64,000 nt of DNA from a virus. Of the stretch, positions 11,019 to 21,683 are shown piece after piece. The notes under the pieces were generated by a model. That model worked only from the letters and a program-made list of their open reading frames with translations. It did no database searches and was not told the DNA's origin. The translations under genes and the position numbers were made by a program. The DNA lies in the IMG/VR virus record IMGVR_UViG_3300033388_007160, positions 22,020-86,019 of that record; one strand, 5' to 3'. Position 1 is the first letter of the stretch. The number at the start of each line of letters is the position of its first letter.

Positions 11019-12040
11019 GAAGGAAGATTCTGTTTCTGTTTCCGTCGAGTTCAATGGGTGGGGAACAACGATGGCTCGCCACACTGGCCCCGCGCTTGGA
11101 TAGGCTTGGCTTTGAGGTTCGAATCATATTCAATCGGGGTCATCGGAGCGACTTTTTCTACCACCTGCTTGAGAAGTATGCCATACCCGAAGCCTGCTAC
11201 TGGGCACCAGACTGGCGGCATTTTCATGAGCGCTACCCCGAAGTGATAGCAGAAGCCCTTGCTGCATACCGGCCCGATGTGCTGATAGTTGACCGTGCTG
11301 AAGCCCTGCATGATGTTTTCAAACAGCCCCAGCTTGACTACAAGCCGAAGGTCGTCTTTGTATGCCACACTATGGAAATGGCGATGATAAATCAAATCCG
11401 GCAGATTGATGAGCTTATTGACGAAGTGGTGGCCGTCTCCAATCGCATTGCAGAACTGATTGACTGGCGGCCTGTGCATGTAATCTGGAATGGCGTGGAG
11501 AAGCCGCAGGCCATACCGGGCTTTGATGTGCGTAAGCTACTGGGCATACCTGAGAGAGCTGAAGTTGTAGGTTTTATGGGCCGGGTAGATGCCAACAAAA
11601 GGCCAAGCTGGGTTATCGAGGCAGCCAAACGCTGTGGTTACTGGTCTTTGATTATTGGCCGAGGGGCCATCGTTCCCAAGCTGAAGGAAATGGCAGCCAC
11701 CACAACCAAGTTTATCCCCACTGAAGTCTGGTTCCCCGGCAACTGGTATCAGGCCATGACCCGTTTTGTGCTGGCTTCCATGCATGAAGGCTTTGGCCTA
11801 GTGCCCATAGAAGCGCTTCTATATGATGTGCCGGTGTATGTAACTCGTGTTGGCGACCTGCCTAATATCTTCGGAGACACTATCCGTTATTTCGATTCGC
11901 TTCAGGAGCTAATCGGTCTTCTGAGGCAATCGCCCTACGACATACGGCCTGCGAGGGCCATCATTGAAGAGAAATTATCGCCAGAGAGGATGGCAAAAGC
12001 CTATGCCAGACTATTCGAAGGTCAGGCTTCTTATCCATGA
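11015..12040 (+). CDS. GT4 family glycosyltransferase
   Basis: GGEQRW, WNGV, GRVDANK and EGFGLVPIEAL motifs. Confidence 0.9.
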   Translation: MRRKILFLFPSSSMGGEQRWLATLAPRLDRLGFEVRIIFNRGHRSDFFYHLLEKYAIPEACYWAPDWRHFHERYPEVIAEALAAYRPDVLIVDRAEALHDVFKQPQLDYKPKVVFVCHTMEMAMINQIRQIDELIDEVVAVSNRIAELIDWRPVHVIWNGVEKPQAIPGFDVRKLLGIPERAEVVGFMGRVDANKRPSWVIEAAKRCGYWSLIIGRGAIVPKLKEMAATTTKFIPTEVWFPGNWYQAMTRFVLASMHEGFGLVPIEALLYDVPVYVTRVGDLPNIFGDTIRYFDSLQELIGLLRQSPYDIRPARAIIEEKLSPERMAKAYARLFEGQASYP

Positions 12041-12974
12041 TATAACACACACGGCCAACTTTGGAGACTGGATGGTGGGCCAGTTTTTGCGCTTCTGGCT
12101 GGCCGAAAACTGCCCTAGCATACAGACACGATACCTAACAAGCGTGCCAAATACCCGTGGTGTATGGCTGAATGATAGGTTCTTTGAGGACTGGGACTGG
12201 CCGACGCACATACTGATTTTCGGCGGCTCGGTATGGTATGACGACCGCCGTTGGGTGTATGAACATGACTGGCTTGAGCGTCTACAGGACAATCAAAGGC
12301 TTTGCATCTGGGGCGGCATCCAAGTGCCCTTCACTCATCAAGAGAAGGTTAGGCCAGTTCTGGCGCGGGCTGATTTGGTCTTGACGCGTTTTGAAAGCGA
12401 AATACCCGTCCTCAAGGAACATTGCAGTGATGCCCACATAATGGTGGGCAGTGACCTTTGCTTCCTGCAAACGATAAAATGGAAGCCCAAGACGGGGCCT
12501 GCGGTGATTGCAGGCCACCTCATCAAAGAATTTGAACCATATCAATCGCTGTGGGTAGAGACATTGCGTTCTGCTTTGGGCTGCCAAGTCAGGATTGCGG
12601 GTGTTTGTTGTTTGGACGGCACACCGGCAACCAATCCCTGGGTTGTGCCCTTCCCAATGTTCTGGAATTGGCTGTTTGATTGCTGTCTGGCCGCTTGCAC
12701 AGCCCTTCATGCAGGCATCCTCGCAGCAGCCATGTGCACGCCGCTTGTCTTAATTGACTTGCAGGGAAGGCCGATGAGCAAGTATCGCTTCATGGGCTTG
12801 GAATTCGAGTCGGTGACGGGTTTCTATCCTACTGTCAGGCCTTCTGAACCGACGCCCGAAGTTGTTCAGGCAGCATATGAATTGCCATTCGCCCTGCGTG
12901 AAGAATATGCTAAACTTAAAGCAGAACAGGCCCGAAGGGGACTGGGGGAGCTGAGGGCATGGCTGACGAGCTAA
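12003..12974 (+). CDS. Polysaccharide pyruvyl transferase family protein
   Basis: NFGD, GGS, TRFES, SDL and LHAGILAAAMCTP motifs. Confidence 0.75.
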   Translation: MPDYSKVRLLIHDITHTANFGDWMVGQFLRFWLAENCPSIQTRYLTSVPNTRGVWLNDRFFEDWDWPTHILIFGGSVWYDDRRWVYEHDWLERLQDNQRLCIWGGIQVPFTHQEKVRPVLARADLVLTRFESEIPVLKEHCSDAHIMVGSDLCFLQTIKWKPKTGPAVIAGHLIKEFEPYQSLWVETLRSALGCQVRIAGVCCLDGTPATNPWVVPFPMFWNWLFDCCLAACTALHAGILAAAMCTPLVLIDLQGRPMSKYRFMGLEFESVTGFYPTVRPSEPTPEVVQAAYELPFALREEYAKLKAEQARRGLGELRAWLTS

Positions 12975-14548
12975 TTGACGTGGGCAGCAAGTTAACCGAA
13001 GAAGAGCTTGAATTATTCGCCAAATTGCTCGACTTTTACCAGAATTATGAACTTTACCAGCGATTGCCTTTAGCCACCAAGGCTGTCGTCTGGCAAATGG
13101 TGTATCAGTTATGCAGGAAGTCGGCAGCCTGGGTGGCTGCTTTCTTTGGGATTAAATACAACACGGCAAGGGCTTTGCTACGCAATCGGGGCCTGAAGGC
13201 TTCAGGCATTCGGGCCAGGCCGCCGTGGGACTATTACTATGACAGGGCAGCAGCGCTGGTGATGGAAGGCAAAGTTAAGCCGGTCTTGCAGGAACTCCGC
13301 GAGGAAATGCTGGGCGGTCCCTATGACCCCAAAGAAGGTGCCATTGAAGCCCTGCGTGAAGCAAGATTGAAACAGCAGGCAGCCCAGGCTCAAGCAAAAC
13401 AGCCGACCGAACAGCTTCCGAACGAAGAGAATGAAGATGAAGGCAAAGAAGATATCCTGCCCAATGAGGATGTAGCTAAGCTTGATTATTATCGGGCACG
13501 ATGTGCGAAGCTTGAACGACGGCTTGAGCGCCTGCAACAGCAATACATCCGCTTACAGATGACCTGGGAACGATTCTCAGAGTATGTGCTGGAGAAACTG
13601 GCCCCCTATCCGAAGCAAGATTACCCGGATGTTCCTCCGGCCAGAAGCACCAAAGACCCACATATAGCCATGATGGATTTGTCGGATATACACGTAGGTG
13701 AGCTGGTTCGGGCCGAAGAAACAATGGGCCTAGCCGCTTACGATTGGGAAACATTCCTGCGTCGTAAGAAGGCCTACATGGAAGGCCTCGTGCGAGTTGT
13801 TGAAGACGTGCGTGAAGACCATCCCATACATATAGGCATAATTCACGCTCTTGGCGACTGGGCCACCGGCGAACGCAACTTCCCTTTGCAACTCGCCCAG
13901 CTTGACAAATTCTTGAACGAGCAGATTATCGAAGGTTCCGCTGAGTTGGCCGAGATGATACAGTTCATGGCAACCCTGTTCCCCAAGCTATATATTTACG
14001 CCGTCCCCGGCAATCATTCTGCAGGCAAAGACCTCACGATGACCCTTGACCTGCTGGTTTATCATACCATAGCAACGCTGCTGCGAGACCAGGATAACAT
14101 CAAGTTTGTCATCAGCAAGTCGCCGTATCTCGGCTATGAGCTTTCGCCTCAGTATGTGCCGATTGAATACAAGCACGATAACTGGTGCTGGCGTTATCTG
14201 ATAACACACGGGCATATGGTTAGAAGGCATTATGGCATACCGTATTATGGCCTCGACCGGCTGGTCGCCAAGATAACAAAGACCACGGGCGTGGTCTGGG
14301 ATGCCGTCTTCGCAGCCCATCATCATGAAGAGGCCCGCACACGTCACTGGTGGGTTAATGGCTCTTGGGTAGGGGGCAGCAAACTGAGCGTGGAGAAGAT
14401 GCAGGCTGCCGAACCTGCCTGTCAGTGGTTCAGGCTATGGCATCCCCACTGGGGCATAAGCTGGCAGCTTGAAATCTATTTGGAGAATCCACAGCAGAAG
14501 CTCATGCCGGATGAAGATGGCATCTTTGGGCCAGCGTTTAAGCAGTGA
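12959..14548 (+). CDS. Calcineurin-like metallophosphoesterase with N-terminal HTH/coiled coil
   Basis: SDIHVG, GD, GNH, HGH and AHHH motifs. Confidence 0.85.
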   Translation: MADELIDVGSKLTEEELELFAKLLDFYQNYELYQRLPLATKAVVWQMVYQLCRKSAAWVAAFFGIKYNTARALLRNRGLKASGIRARPPWDYYYDRAAALVMEGKVKPVLQELREEMLGGPYDPKEGAIEALREARLKQQAAQAQAKQPTEQLPNEENEDEGKEDILPNEDVAKLDYYRARCAKLERRLERLQQQYIRLQMTWERFSEYVLEKLAPYPKQDYPDVPPARSTKDPHIAMMDLSDIHVGELVRAEETMGLAAYDWETFLRRKKAYMEGLVRVVEDVREDHPIHIGIIHALGDWATGERNFPLQLAQLDKFLNEQIIEGSAELAEMIQFMATLFPKLYIYAVPGNHSAGKDLTMTLDLLVYHTIATLLRDQDNIKFVISKSPYLGYELSPQYVPIEYKHDNWCWRYLITHGHMVRRHYGIPYYGLDRLVAKITKTTGVVWDAVFAAHHHEEARTRHWWVNGSWVGGSKLSVEKMQAAEPACQWFRLWHPHWGISWQLEIYLENPQQKLMPDEDGIFGPAFKQ

Positions 14549-14551
14549 AAC

Positions 14552-15529
14552 ATGGCGGATCAGAAAATCGGTAAACAGAGGCTCATCCTTGGAGATTGCC
14601 GCGAGGTGCTTCGCGAATTACACCTCGAAGGTGTGTCTCTTGTCCTTACCGATCCACCGTATGGTCACAAACTGACCGAATGGGATAACTGGCCTGACAA
14701 GCAGGTCTGGCGGTTGTGCTACGAGGCGATGCTTCCTGGGGCTGCTCTGCTGAGTTTTATGGCTAACCGGGGCAATAAGCTTGCTCGCCTAGTAGCAGAG
14801 CTCGAAGAAGCAGGATTTGAGACCGATTGGCCTTGGCTATATTGGGCACAAGGCAATGGTCTACCCAAAGCGAAAGGCGAGAGACCTAAGGGGAAACTAG
14901 CGCTGAAGCCAGCGGTGCAACCGATCGTGCATGTGCGAAAGCCGGGCGATCCTATCCCATACGATATTGGCTCGGCGACCATTCCCTTTCGTGATGAGCA
15001 GGACGCAAGCACAGCAAGAAGAAACAGAACTCAATGGTGGGAAAGTCTGTCAGCAGCACAAGCAGCAGCTAATCGTAGTCTCTGGGATGGTCCTCAACAG
15101 AAGCGACTGCTGAGTGGGCGGTATCCTGCTGAGCTTGTCTGCATTGGTGTCCCTGGCGAATGGGCCAAGTACTTCGACATCACCAACTGGGCGCTTGCGT
15201 ACTTTCCAGATGAACGCCAAGGTTCGCTGTGCTGGCTGCAGCATAGCGGAGCACCAGATGGGCGCAATAGACACCCGACACGCAAACCAGTACGGCTATT
15301 AGCATGGCTAATTAAGTTGTTTAGTGCTCAGTTCGTACTAGACCCATTTGCAGGCAGTGGAAGCATCGCAGTCGCTTGTGAGCTACTGGGAATACCTGGT
15401 GTGCATATTGAAGTACAGCGTGAGTATTTCCGTATTATGTGCGGGCGTGTAAAATGGGCAGTCGAACAAAAGAGAAACTGCGACAAACAGCAAGACAAAG
15501 AACAACTACGCCTTTGGCAACTCTCCTAA
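14552..15529 (+). CDS. N4/N6 DNA methyltransferase, beta class
   Basis: TDPPY, HPTRKP and LDPFAGSG motifs. Confidence 0.9.
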   Translation: MADQKIGKQRLILGDCREVLRELHLEGVSLVLTDPPYGHKLTEWDNWPDKQVWRLCYEAMLPGAALLSFMANRGNKLARLVAELEEAGFETDWPWLYWAQGNGLPKAKGERPKGKLALKPAVQPIVHVRKPGDPIPYDIGSATIPFRDEQDASTARRNRTQWWESLSAAQAAANRSLWDGPQQKRLLSGRYPAELVCIGVPGEWAKYFDITNWALAYFPDERQGSLCWLQHSGAPDGRNRHPTRKPVRLLAWLIKLFSAQFVLDPFAGSGSIAVACELLGIPGVHIEVQREYFRIMCGRVKWAVEQKRNCDKQQDKEQLRLWQLS

Positions 15530-15580
15530 AAAGAAGGAAGAAAATAATTCCCACGATTCCGAAATAGAAGAAAAGAAAAA

Positions 15581-15817
15581 ATGGCACTAAAGCAGCGGCA
15601 AAACCAAGTTTGTGCCTTAGACTTCGCGGATATACTTGGTTCGATAGGCTATCTCGTGCTGTATGCGTCGGGAGACGATGGTGACAGGTTGTTTGTGTTT
15701 CAGCGGCCCAACCGGCCTCAAGATGAGCTTGCGCCGCTTTGTATTCTTGAGATTGATGAAGAGGGGAACATCAGTGCCGATGACATTGAAGCTTCGCTCA
15801 ACTGGAAGCTGCGATAA
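15581..15817 (+). CDS. Hypothetical protein
   Basis: 78-aa ORF followed by a GC-rich hairpin. Confidence 0.55.
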   Translation: MALKQRQNQVCALDFADILGSIGYLVLYASGDDGDRLFVFQRPNRPQDELAPLCILEIDEEGNISADDIEASLNWKLR

Positions 15818-15914
15818 AAATTACAGGGGCCTCGGTGTGAGGCCCCTCGTGGCACAGACAAGGAGTGGCGGTAAGCAGCACAAAGCCGCTAGCCAAGCGA
15901 ACCCCCACTCTCAC

Positions 15915-15943
15915 TTGACATTATACCACACTAGGCATATAAT
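15915..15943 (+). promoter_or_regulatory. Consensus sigma70-type promoter of the replication operon
   Basis: TTGACA-N17-TATAAT, about 60 bp upstream of the 16002 ATG. Confidence 0.85.
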
Positions 15944-16001
15944 TCAAACGCAAAATTTAAGTAGGGGAGAGTGGCACAAGACAAGGGGTGGACGGTAAGC
16001 G

Positions 16002-19000
16002 ATGAAAACAAAGCTAAGACTAAAAGCAGACAACCGGAAGCTCACCAAACAGATTGTCCGAGGCAAGCCCCTCGACCGCCCCGTAGTAGTCAAGTGCCAT
16101 CATGTAACTATTGAGAGGAATAACGCTGAGTCTCTGGCGAAGAATCTTGAAGGTGTCCACTACCGCAGGCCTTCCCGCAATCGTGAGAATTATCCCATCA
16201 TGGAGTGTCTGCAGAAGTTGGGCCAGGGCCGGATTGTAGGCTTCGGCACCAAGCGCAAGCACCGCAAGCGCAAGACACGGTATGAACTGCTCAGCCAGAA
16301 CAATCCCCACTCGGCTTACAGCAAAATCAAAGCTTATATGCAACAATATCCCGGCCTGCTGAAGGATGACCCCAAGCAATGGGCCGAACAGCTCAAAGGC
16401 ATGGGTTATTGCGGGAAGACTTACCTGCGCGTCATGGCCCAGATGGTCAAAGACCGCATACTCATCTGGACGTATGATAATTACACTGAAGGCTGGCGCG
16501 TTGCCACCAAAGACGACCCCGATTGGGTGCCACGGTTCCCGTTGTATCCCTGGGCATTCGTGTTTGCCTGGCTGGCTGCGGGCCGCAGCATACTTGACCT
16601 CAAGCTCGACTGGATGACCTACGGTTATAGCCCCGCTGAGATAGATGAAGGATTGCGGTTCCTGCGCAAGCATGGTTTAGTGCAGGTTGATGAGAAGGGA
16701 CATCTGCAACCCAATGTTGAACCCACAGGCTATCGGCGGGCCGTCGAATACGAAGACACAGGCGACCCCATCTTTGAGGTCTGCAAAACTGGGCTGTGGG
16801 AACAGCGGAAGAAGTTGCCTCGTATGCCCAAGGTGCAACAATACCTTTACGTGATAGCTTTGGCCTATGCCGTGGCCTTCCCCGAAAGGCTGATAGAATA
16901 CTGCAAGAGTCTGGCCTGGACACGTTTGCGCAACTTAAAACTCGACTTATCACCGTGTGCTTATGGCGATTTGCAGCTCGTCAGAAGAGTGGGCCGCAAT
17001 GAGCGCCGCAAGGGCAAGCACAACCGTTACCCCAATGCTACACTGCAAAATCTGCTGGCCCTTATCAAGCGCTATAAGCTCACCATCGTGGAACCGGAAC
17101 TCCTGGCCGAAGCCCTCGGCATCACCGCCCGCCACGCCCATCGCCTCCTCTGGCGGGCACATGAGCTGGGCCTGTTAACAATTGTGAACATCTATCGCCG
17201 CCCCGGCTCAAGGGCATATCTTTACCGCGTTTCATTTAATTTTGCAGCGCCGGATAAAAACTGTCGCGTAAAGTGCGATTTCGGGACAAGCAATTCCCCC
17301 TCATACTCCCCCTATAAGCTCTTTAGTACTCCTAGTACAAGTACGATTGATTCGAAGGCAAGTAAGGGAGGGCACGGGCCCGGCCAGCAGGCCGTTGGCC
17401 TGCCGGGATTGCTGTTTGGGGAGAAGTATATAGCTTACAAGAGAGGGAAAGGAAAAAAGCTTTGGGGGAGGGTTTTGGGCGTGCTGGGGGTGGAGGGTTT
17501 GGGCCGGGGCCTTGCGTTATTTGCCAAGCATCTGGAAATAGAAAAACTTAAGGCCTGGGGGTGGAGGAGAGGTCACCCATATGAGGTGCTGGTAGGCAGG
17601 TTTGAGAGGTTTGAGGAAGGATGGAAGCAAGCGCTTGTGAAATTTTTCACAGGCAGGGAAGAGGGAGGGGGTGTGGAGGGGTTTGTTGGGCTTGTGCTGG
17701 CGTGGTTGAACGGGGAGTGGCGGGTGGTATGTGGCCTGCTGGAGGAGTATGTGGATTGGCTTTATAAGAGGGCCACGCAGTTGGGACATGATGGCAGACG
17801 CAAGCTGGCCTGGTGGACGATGCAGGATTACCGGAAGGCACGGGACTTGCTGGAAGAGGCCCGGCAACGGCCCATAGACTACATCCTTCGCTTCTGGTAT
17901 GGTTATTGCACGGGCTTCCGCTGGGTGGATGACGCCATTGAAAGGTGGGCTTTGAGGTTTACCGGCCAGGCTATGCGGCTATACTTACTGCGGGGTGCTA
18001 AAACTTTCTACATCAGTGACGAGGGACATGTTATGGCGCTTGACGGGCGGAAGGAAGCAAGTGGCAACGGCATCCACATGCACACGGATTACGGCACGCT
18101 CGACCCCAAGCCCAGGCGCAAGACGAAGCCTACCATCCGTGAGCAGGAGGCCATCCCCAACCAGGGGATAGATTTGACTGCTGCCCTGAAGGAGGCATCG
18201 GAGGCCGAAGAAGAGGCTTCTGTTGATGAAGAAGTTAAAGGCCAGGATGAAGTGGTTATCGTTCAGAGGCCAGGGGAAAGCTGGTCACTGCCCCTCGGCC
18301 CCAACCGGCCCAAGCACATAAGAGTCAAGACAGAAGACGGCCAGACCATCATCTGCTACGAGCTTGATGAAGAAGTGGATGTATACAGGATAGCTTCCTA
18401 TCCGGGCACCGGTGGCCTCGATGAAGGCATGTATGTGCCCCAGTGTGCCGAGGAATTCTGGCGCTTGCCGCCTGATGCCCCCATCGCCATACTTGAATCC
18501 CGGCTGCCTACTCATTTGCGCTATCTGGCCCGTTACCGCCAGATTAAGCAGAAATTCCGCGAAGCCAAGCAGATTGAGGATTTGCTGACCCGCAGCATGC
18601 CAAGGAATACAACCTACGGCCTCGGCCTGATAGGTATCGTCACTGACTGGTATCTGTGGTATATCAAGAAGCAACGTGTGCGACACTGGACGCCGGAATG
18701 GTATCTTGCTTACGGGGAAGTTTTGCTGAAAGCCTGTCACTACTATGCGGCCCCCGGCGAACCTGCAGGCCTTAAGATTGGGGCTGCTGAAACCTGGCAG
18801 AAGGCTTTACAGGGCCAGGCGGTATCGCCCGTCGAGCTGGCCGATGCCTATGACCGCCTGACAATGGTCACGCCCATTGAGTCCAGTGTTGCTCGCCATA
18901 TGAACCAGCCTTGGCGGGGCATGTGGGATTGGTTCTGGAATTGGGTGTTGAAGGGTATGCCCGAAGATGAGAAGTATAAGGCGTTGCACAACGTGATTGT

Positions 19001-19145
19001 GGCCTGCCAGAGAGGTCATGAGAAATATGATGTTGAAACCTATTGCGATGACCTGACCGGCCTTGCCGTAATAGAAGCTTTCGACGACTTTGATGCTGAC
19101 GCGATACGGGAAGCCCTGCGACGTTACGGCGACCCCCGAAGCTAA
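16002..19145 (+). CDS. Large basic protein, putative replication initiator
   Basis: 1047 aa; winged-HTH-like LAEALGITARHAHRLLWRAHELGLL; first gene before primase-helicase. Confidence 0.45.
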   Translation: MKTKLRLKADNRKLTKQIVRGKPLDRPVVVKCHHVTIERNNAESLAKNLEGVHYRRPSRNRENYPIMECLQKLGQGRIVGFGTKRKHRKRKTRYELLSQNNPHSAYSKIKAYMQQYPGLLKDDPKQWAEQLKGMGYCGKTYLRVMAQMVKDRILIWTYDNYTEGWRVATKDDPDWVPRFPLYPWAFVFAWLAAGRSILDLKLDWMTYGYSPAEIDEGLRFLRKHGLVQVDEKGHLQPNVEPTGYRRAVEYEDTGDPIFEVCKTGLWEQRKKLPRMPKVQQYLYVIALAYAVAFPERLIEYCKSLAWTRLRNLKLDLSPCAYGDLQLVRRVGRNERRKGKHNRYPNATLQNLLALIKRYKLTIVEPELLAEALGITARHAHRLLWRAHELGLLTIVNIYRRPGSRAYLYRVSFNFAAPDKNCRVKCDFGTSNSPSYSPYKLFSTPSTSTIDSKASKGGHGPGQQAVGLPGLLFGEKYIAYKRGKGKKLWGRVLGVLGVEGLGRGLALFAKHLEIEKLKAWGWRRGHPYEVLVGRFERFEEGWKQALVKFFTGREEGGGVEGFVGLVLAWLNGEWRVVCGLLEEYVDWLYKRATQLGHDGRRKLAWWTMQDYRKARDLLEEARQRPIDYILRFWYGYCTGFRWVDDAIERWALRFTGQAMRLYLLRGAKTFYISDEGHVMALDGRKEASGNGIHMHTDYGTLDPKPRRKTKPTIREQEAIPNQGIDLTAALKEASEAEEEASVDEEVKGQDEVVIVQRPGESWSLPLGPNRPKHIRVKTEDGQTIICYELDEEVDVYRIASYPGTGGLDEGMYVPQCAEEFWRLPPDAPIAILESRLPTHLRYLARYRQIKQKFREAKQIEDLLTRSMPRNTTYGLGLIGIVTDWYLWYIKKQRVRHWTPEWYLAYGEVLLKACHYYAAPGEPAGLKIGAAETWQKALQGQAVSPVELADAYDRLTMVTPIESSVARHMNQPWRGMWDWFWNWVLKGMPEDEKYKALHNVIVACQRGHEKYDVETYCDDLTGLAVIEAFDDFDADAIREALRRYGDPRS

Positions 19146-19180
19146 GCGATGCCCAAAAGCTTTTGAGGTGAAGCCCAGCA

Positions 19181-21361
19181 ATGGCTGCTACTGATAGTGT
19201 CTTTGAGCAGATAAAAGCCCGCATAAACCTCATTGAAGTCATCGGCCAAGAAGTTGAACTCAAGCGCGTCGGCAAATACTGGATGGGCCTTTGCCCCTTT
19301 CATTACGAAACAGAACCCAGCTTTGCCGTAACAGAGAACTTCTATTATTGCTTCGGCGCCACCTGTAACGCAAAGGGAGACATATTCACGTGGCTGATGG
19401 TTCGCAGGGGCCTCAGCTTTTCTGAGGCAGTCCGGGAAGCAGCCCGCCTCGCTGGTATCCCATTAGACGATAACTGGCAGGAACGCCTCAAAAAAGCCCA
19501 GGAACATCAGGCCAAACTGGAAGCCTACGTCAAGCAAAGCCAGGAATACCTCTGGTCAAAAAAGGGCCAAACGGCCCTGGATTACCTTCGCAATGAACGC
19601 AGGCTTACAGACGAGACAATCAAGCAGTTTGGCCTCGGCTATGATAGCAAACGCGACGCCATAGTCATCCCGCTGATGGACATGTCTGGCAGGCTGGTTG
19701 CCTATGCTCTCCGCCTTCTAAATAGCACCAAACGCTATCAAGTCTTCAATCAACCCTTCTTCCAGCGTCGTCGTTATTTGTTCAATGAGCAAGTTTTGTG
19801 GCAGCACAAAGACCAGCCTCTCTACCTCTGCGAAGGTTATTTTGATTGCATGAGTATCGTGCAGGCGGGCTATCCGAGGGTTGTGGCTCTTTGTGGCGGC
19901 CAGCTCAATGATTATCAGCTCAAGAAGCTCACCCAAGCTGCCCGCCAAATCATCCTAGTGCCCGACAACAAATCAGCAACGGACTGGAAACTGGCTCGCC
20001 GCAATATAGACCTCATTCGCCGTTTTGATGCCGAAGTAAAGGTGCTTGTTGCTGTGCCGGAAGGCGATGCCAATGATACCGACCCCGACAGGCTCAAGGA
20101 AATCCTTGCATCGCCCAATGAACCCGAAGTTGCCATGCTGGACTTCATCGTTTCCGGCACCCAGGCCGAACAATACGAAAAGGCCCGGCAACTTCTCCAG
20201 ACGATACACAATCCCCTGCTTCGTGATGATATTATCCAAGAATTAGCCAAGCGTTGGGGTAAAAGCACGCACCTGGTTAAGCAGGCTTTGAGTGGCCGGG
20301 CTGTCTCGGTGAATGTAGTTAAAAGCGAACATACAGTCACCATCCTTCGGCACATGGCTGCCGAGATAGCCCAAGAACACGAAATCAACCTCCGCTGGCC
20401 GGGTTTTGAACCAGAAGTCCTTCAACGTATCCACGCCGGTCATCTTATAGGCATAGCAGCCCGCACTAATGTGGGTAAGACACTGTATGCCCTCAACCTG
20501 GCACCTTGGTCACGTGGCCTTTACAGCCAGGTTTTCTTCACCCTTGAACAGCCCTACAGTGAAATCGCCTACCGCATGGCACGAATCACTCTGGGACATG
20601 TCATACCGCATATGTATCCCTATCTGGATGCGGCCATCCGGAAGGCCGAGGATGAGTTCAAGGACTTCAACATTTTGAACGAAGAAGTTTTTGGTCGTAA
20701 CCTTCAGCCTCTCATCACAACGTTGTATTCGGATTTCTATGTAGTGGAAGGCGTTTTTGACGTGGAAGGCCTGAAGGGGGCCATCGCTAAGCTTGCCGAA
20801 GAAGTCAGGCTGCCCGTCCGCATAGTCTGGATAGACTACCTCGGCCTGATGCGGGCCAAAGGTGACACCGAATACGTCCAGCTCAGCAACCTCATCCGCG
20901 ACCTCGCACGCCTGGCAAAGGAGCTTAACCTTTTAATAATATTCCTGCACCAGCTTAGCCGCCGGGGTGGCACTGGCAAGGAGCACGTGGAAATTGACAT
21001 GCTTCGCGGTAGCGGCCAGATTGAAGAAGCCGTTGACCTTCTGCTGGGCCTTTACCGACCCCAGCTTAACGATGAATACCAGCAGAACAATCAGGTCTGC
21101 ACCGAGGAGCCTTTCTACGTGGACGTTATCAAGAACCGCCACGGCCCCAAGCAACGGCTTAAGCTCACCTTCTACAAGCGCAGCCTGCTAATCACGTCGG
21201 TTCATCCCTTGCATGGCCCCGAGGTTTTGCGCAGCGAGATAATGGATATACTGGAAACGAAAGGAGCTGATAGCCATGACGCAGGAGCAATTGAGCGAGG
21301 CGGCGGAGAATGTGGAGGCCATCCGGCAGGAACTGGACAATCTGGCGAAGAGGTATTTTGA
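19181..21361 (+). CDS. DnaG-type primase fused to DnaB-like helicase
   Basis: CPFH zinc finger; EGYFD TOPRIM; ARTNVGKT, IDYLGL, HQLSR, LRGSGQIEE and KNRHG motifs. Confidence 0.95.
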   Translation: MAATDSVFEQIKARINLIEVIGQEVELKRVGKYWMGLCPFHYETEPSFAVTENFYYCFGATCNAKGDIFTWLMVRRGLSFSEAVREAARLAGIPLDDNWQERLKKAQEHQAKLEAYVKQSQEYLWSKKGQTALDYLRNERRLTDETIKQFGLGYDSKRDAIVIPLMDMSGRLVAYALRLLNSTKRYQVFNQPFFQRRRYLFNEQVLWQHKDQPLYLCEGYFDCMSIVQAGYPRVVALCGGQLNDYQLKKLTQAARQIILVPDNKSATDWKLARRNIDLIRRFDAEVKVLVAVPEGDANDTDPDRLKEILASPNEPEVAMLDFIVSGTQAEQYEKARQLLQTIHNPLLRDDIIQELAKRWGKSTHLVKQALSGRAVSVNVVKSEHTVTILRHMAAEIAQEHEINLRWPGFEPEVLQRIHAGHLIGIAARTNVGKTLYALNLAPWSRGLYSQVFFTLEQPYSEIAYRMARITLGHVIPHMYPYLDAAIRKAEDEFKDFNILNEEVFGRNLQPLITTLYSDFYVVEGVFDVEGLKGAIAKLAEEVRLPVRIVWIDYLGLMRAKGDTEYVQLSNLIRDLARLAKELNLLIIFLHQLSRRGGTGKEHVEIDMLRGSGQIEEAVDLLLGLYRPQLNDEYQQNNQVCTEEPFYVDVIKNRHGPKQRLKLTFYKRSLLITSVHPLHGPEVLRSEIMDILETKGADSHDAGAIERGGGECGGHPAGTGQSGEEVF

Positions 21362-21680
21362 CCTGACTGACCTAATCAGCCAGCTTGAGGAAGAGCGAAG
21401 CAGGGTGGCCCAGGAAATTCTTAACATCTGGCAGAAGACACAGCTCAAGCCGTCGCGCTGGGCTACCGTGGTTGCCGGTCGGACTTCTTACGACCAAGAC
21501 AGGCTTATTGCCTATTTGAAGGCTCGTGGCCTCAGACAGGCCATCAAGACTCAAGAAGTCCTCGACCGCAAGGCATTGAAACAACTGATGGACAGCGGCC
21601 AGCTTAGTGAACAGGAACTTGAGCAGTTCAAGACCACTGGCCGCCCATATGTGCAACTCGTTAAGCCCAAGGAGGAATAG
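21276..21680 (+). CDS. Coiled-coil phage protein (Gam/Gp157-like)
   Basis: AAAGGAG RBS; N-terminal coiled coil; IKTQEVLDRKAL. Confidence 0.5.
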   Translation: MTQEQLSEAAENVEAIRQELDNLAKRYFDLTDLISQLEEERSRVAQEILNIWQKTQLKPSRWATVVAGRTSYDQDRLIAYLKARGLRQAIKTQEVLDRKALKQLMDSGQLSEQELEQFKTTGRPYVQLVKPKEE

Positions 21681-21683
21681 TTT

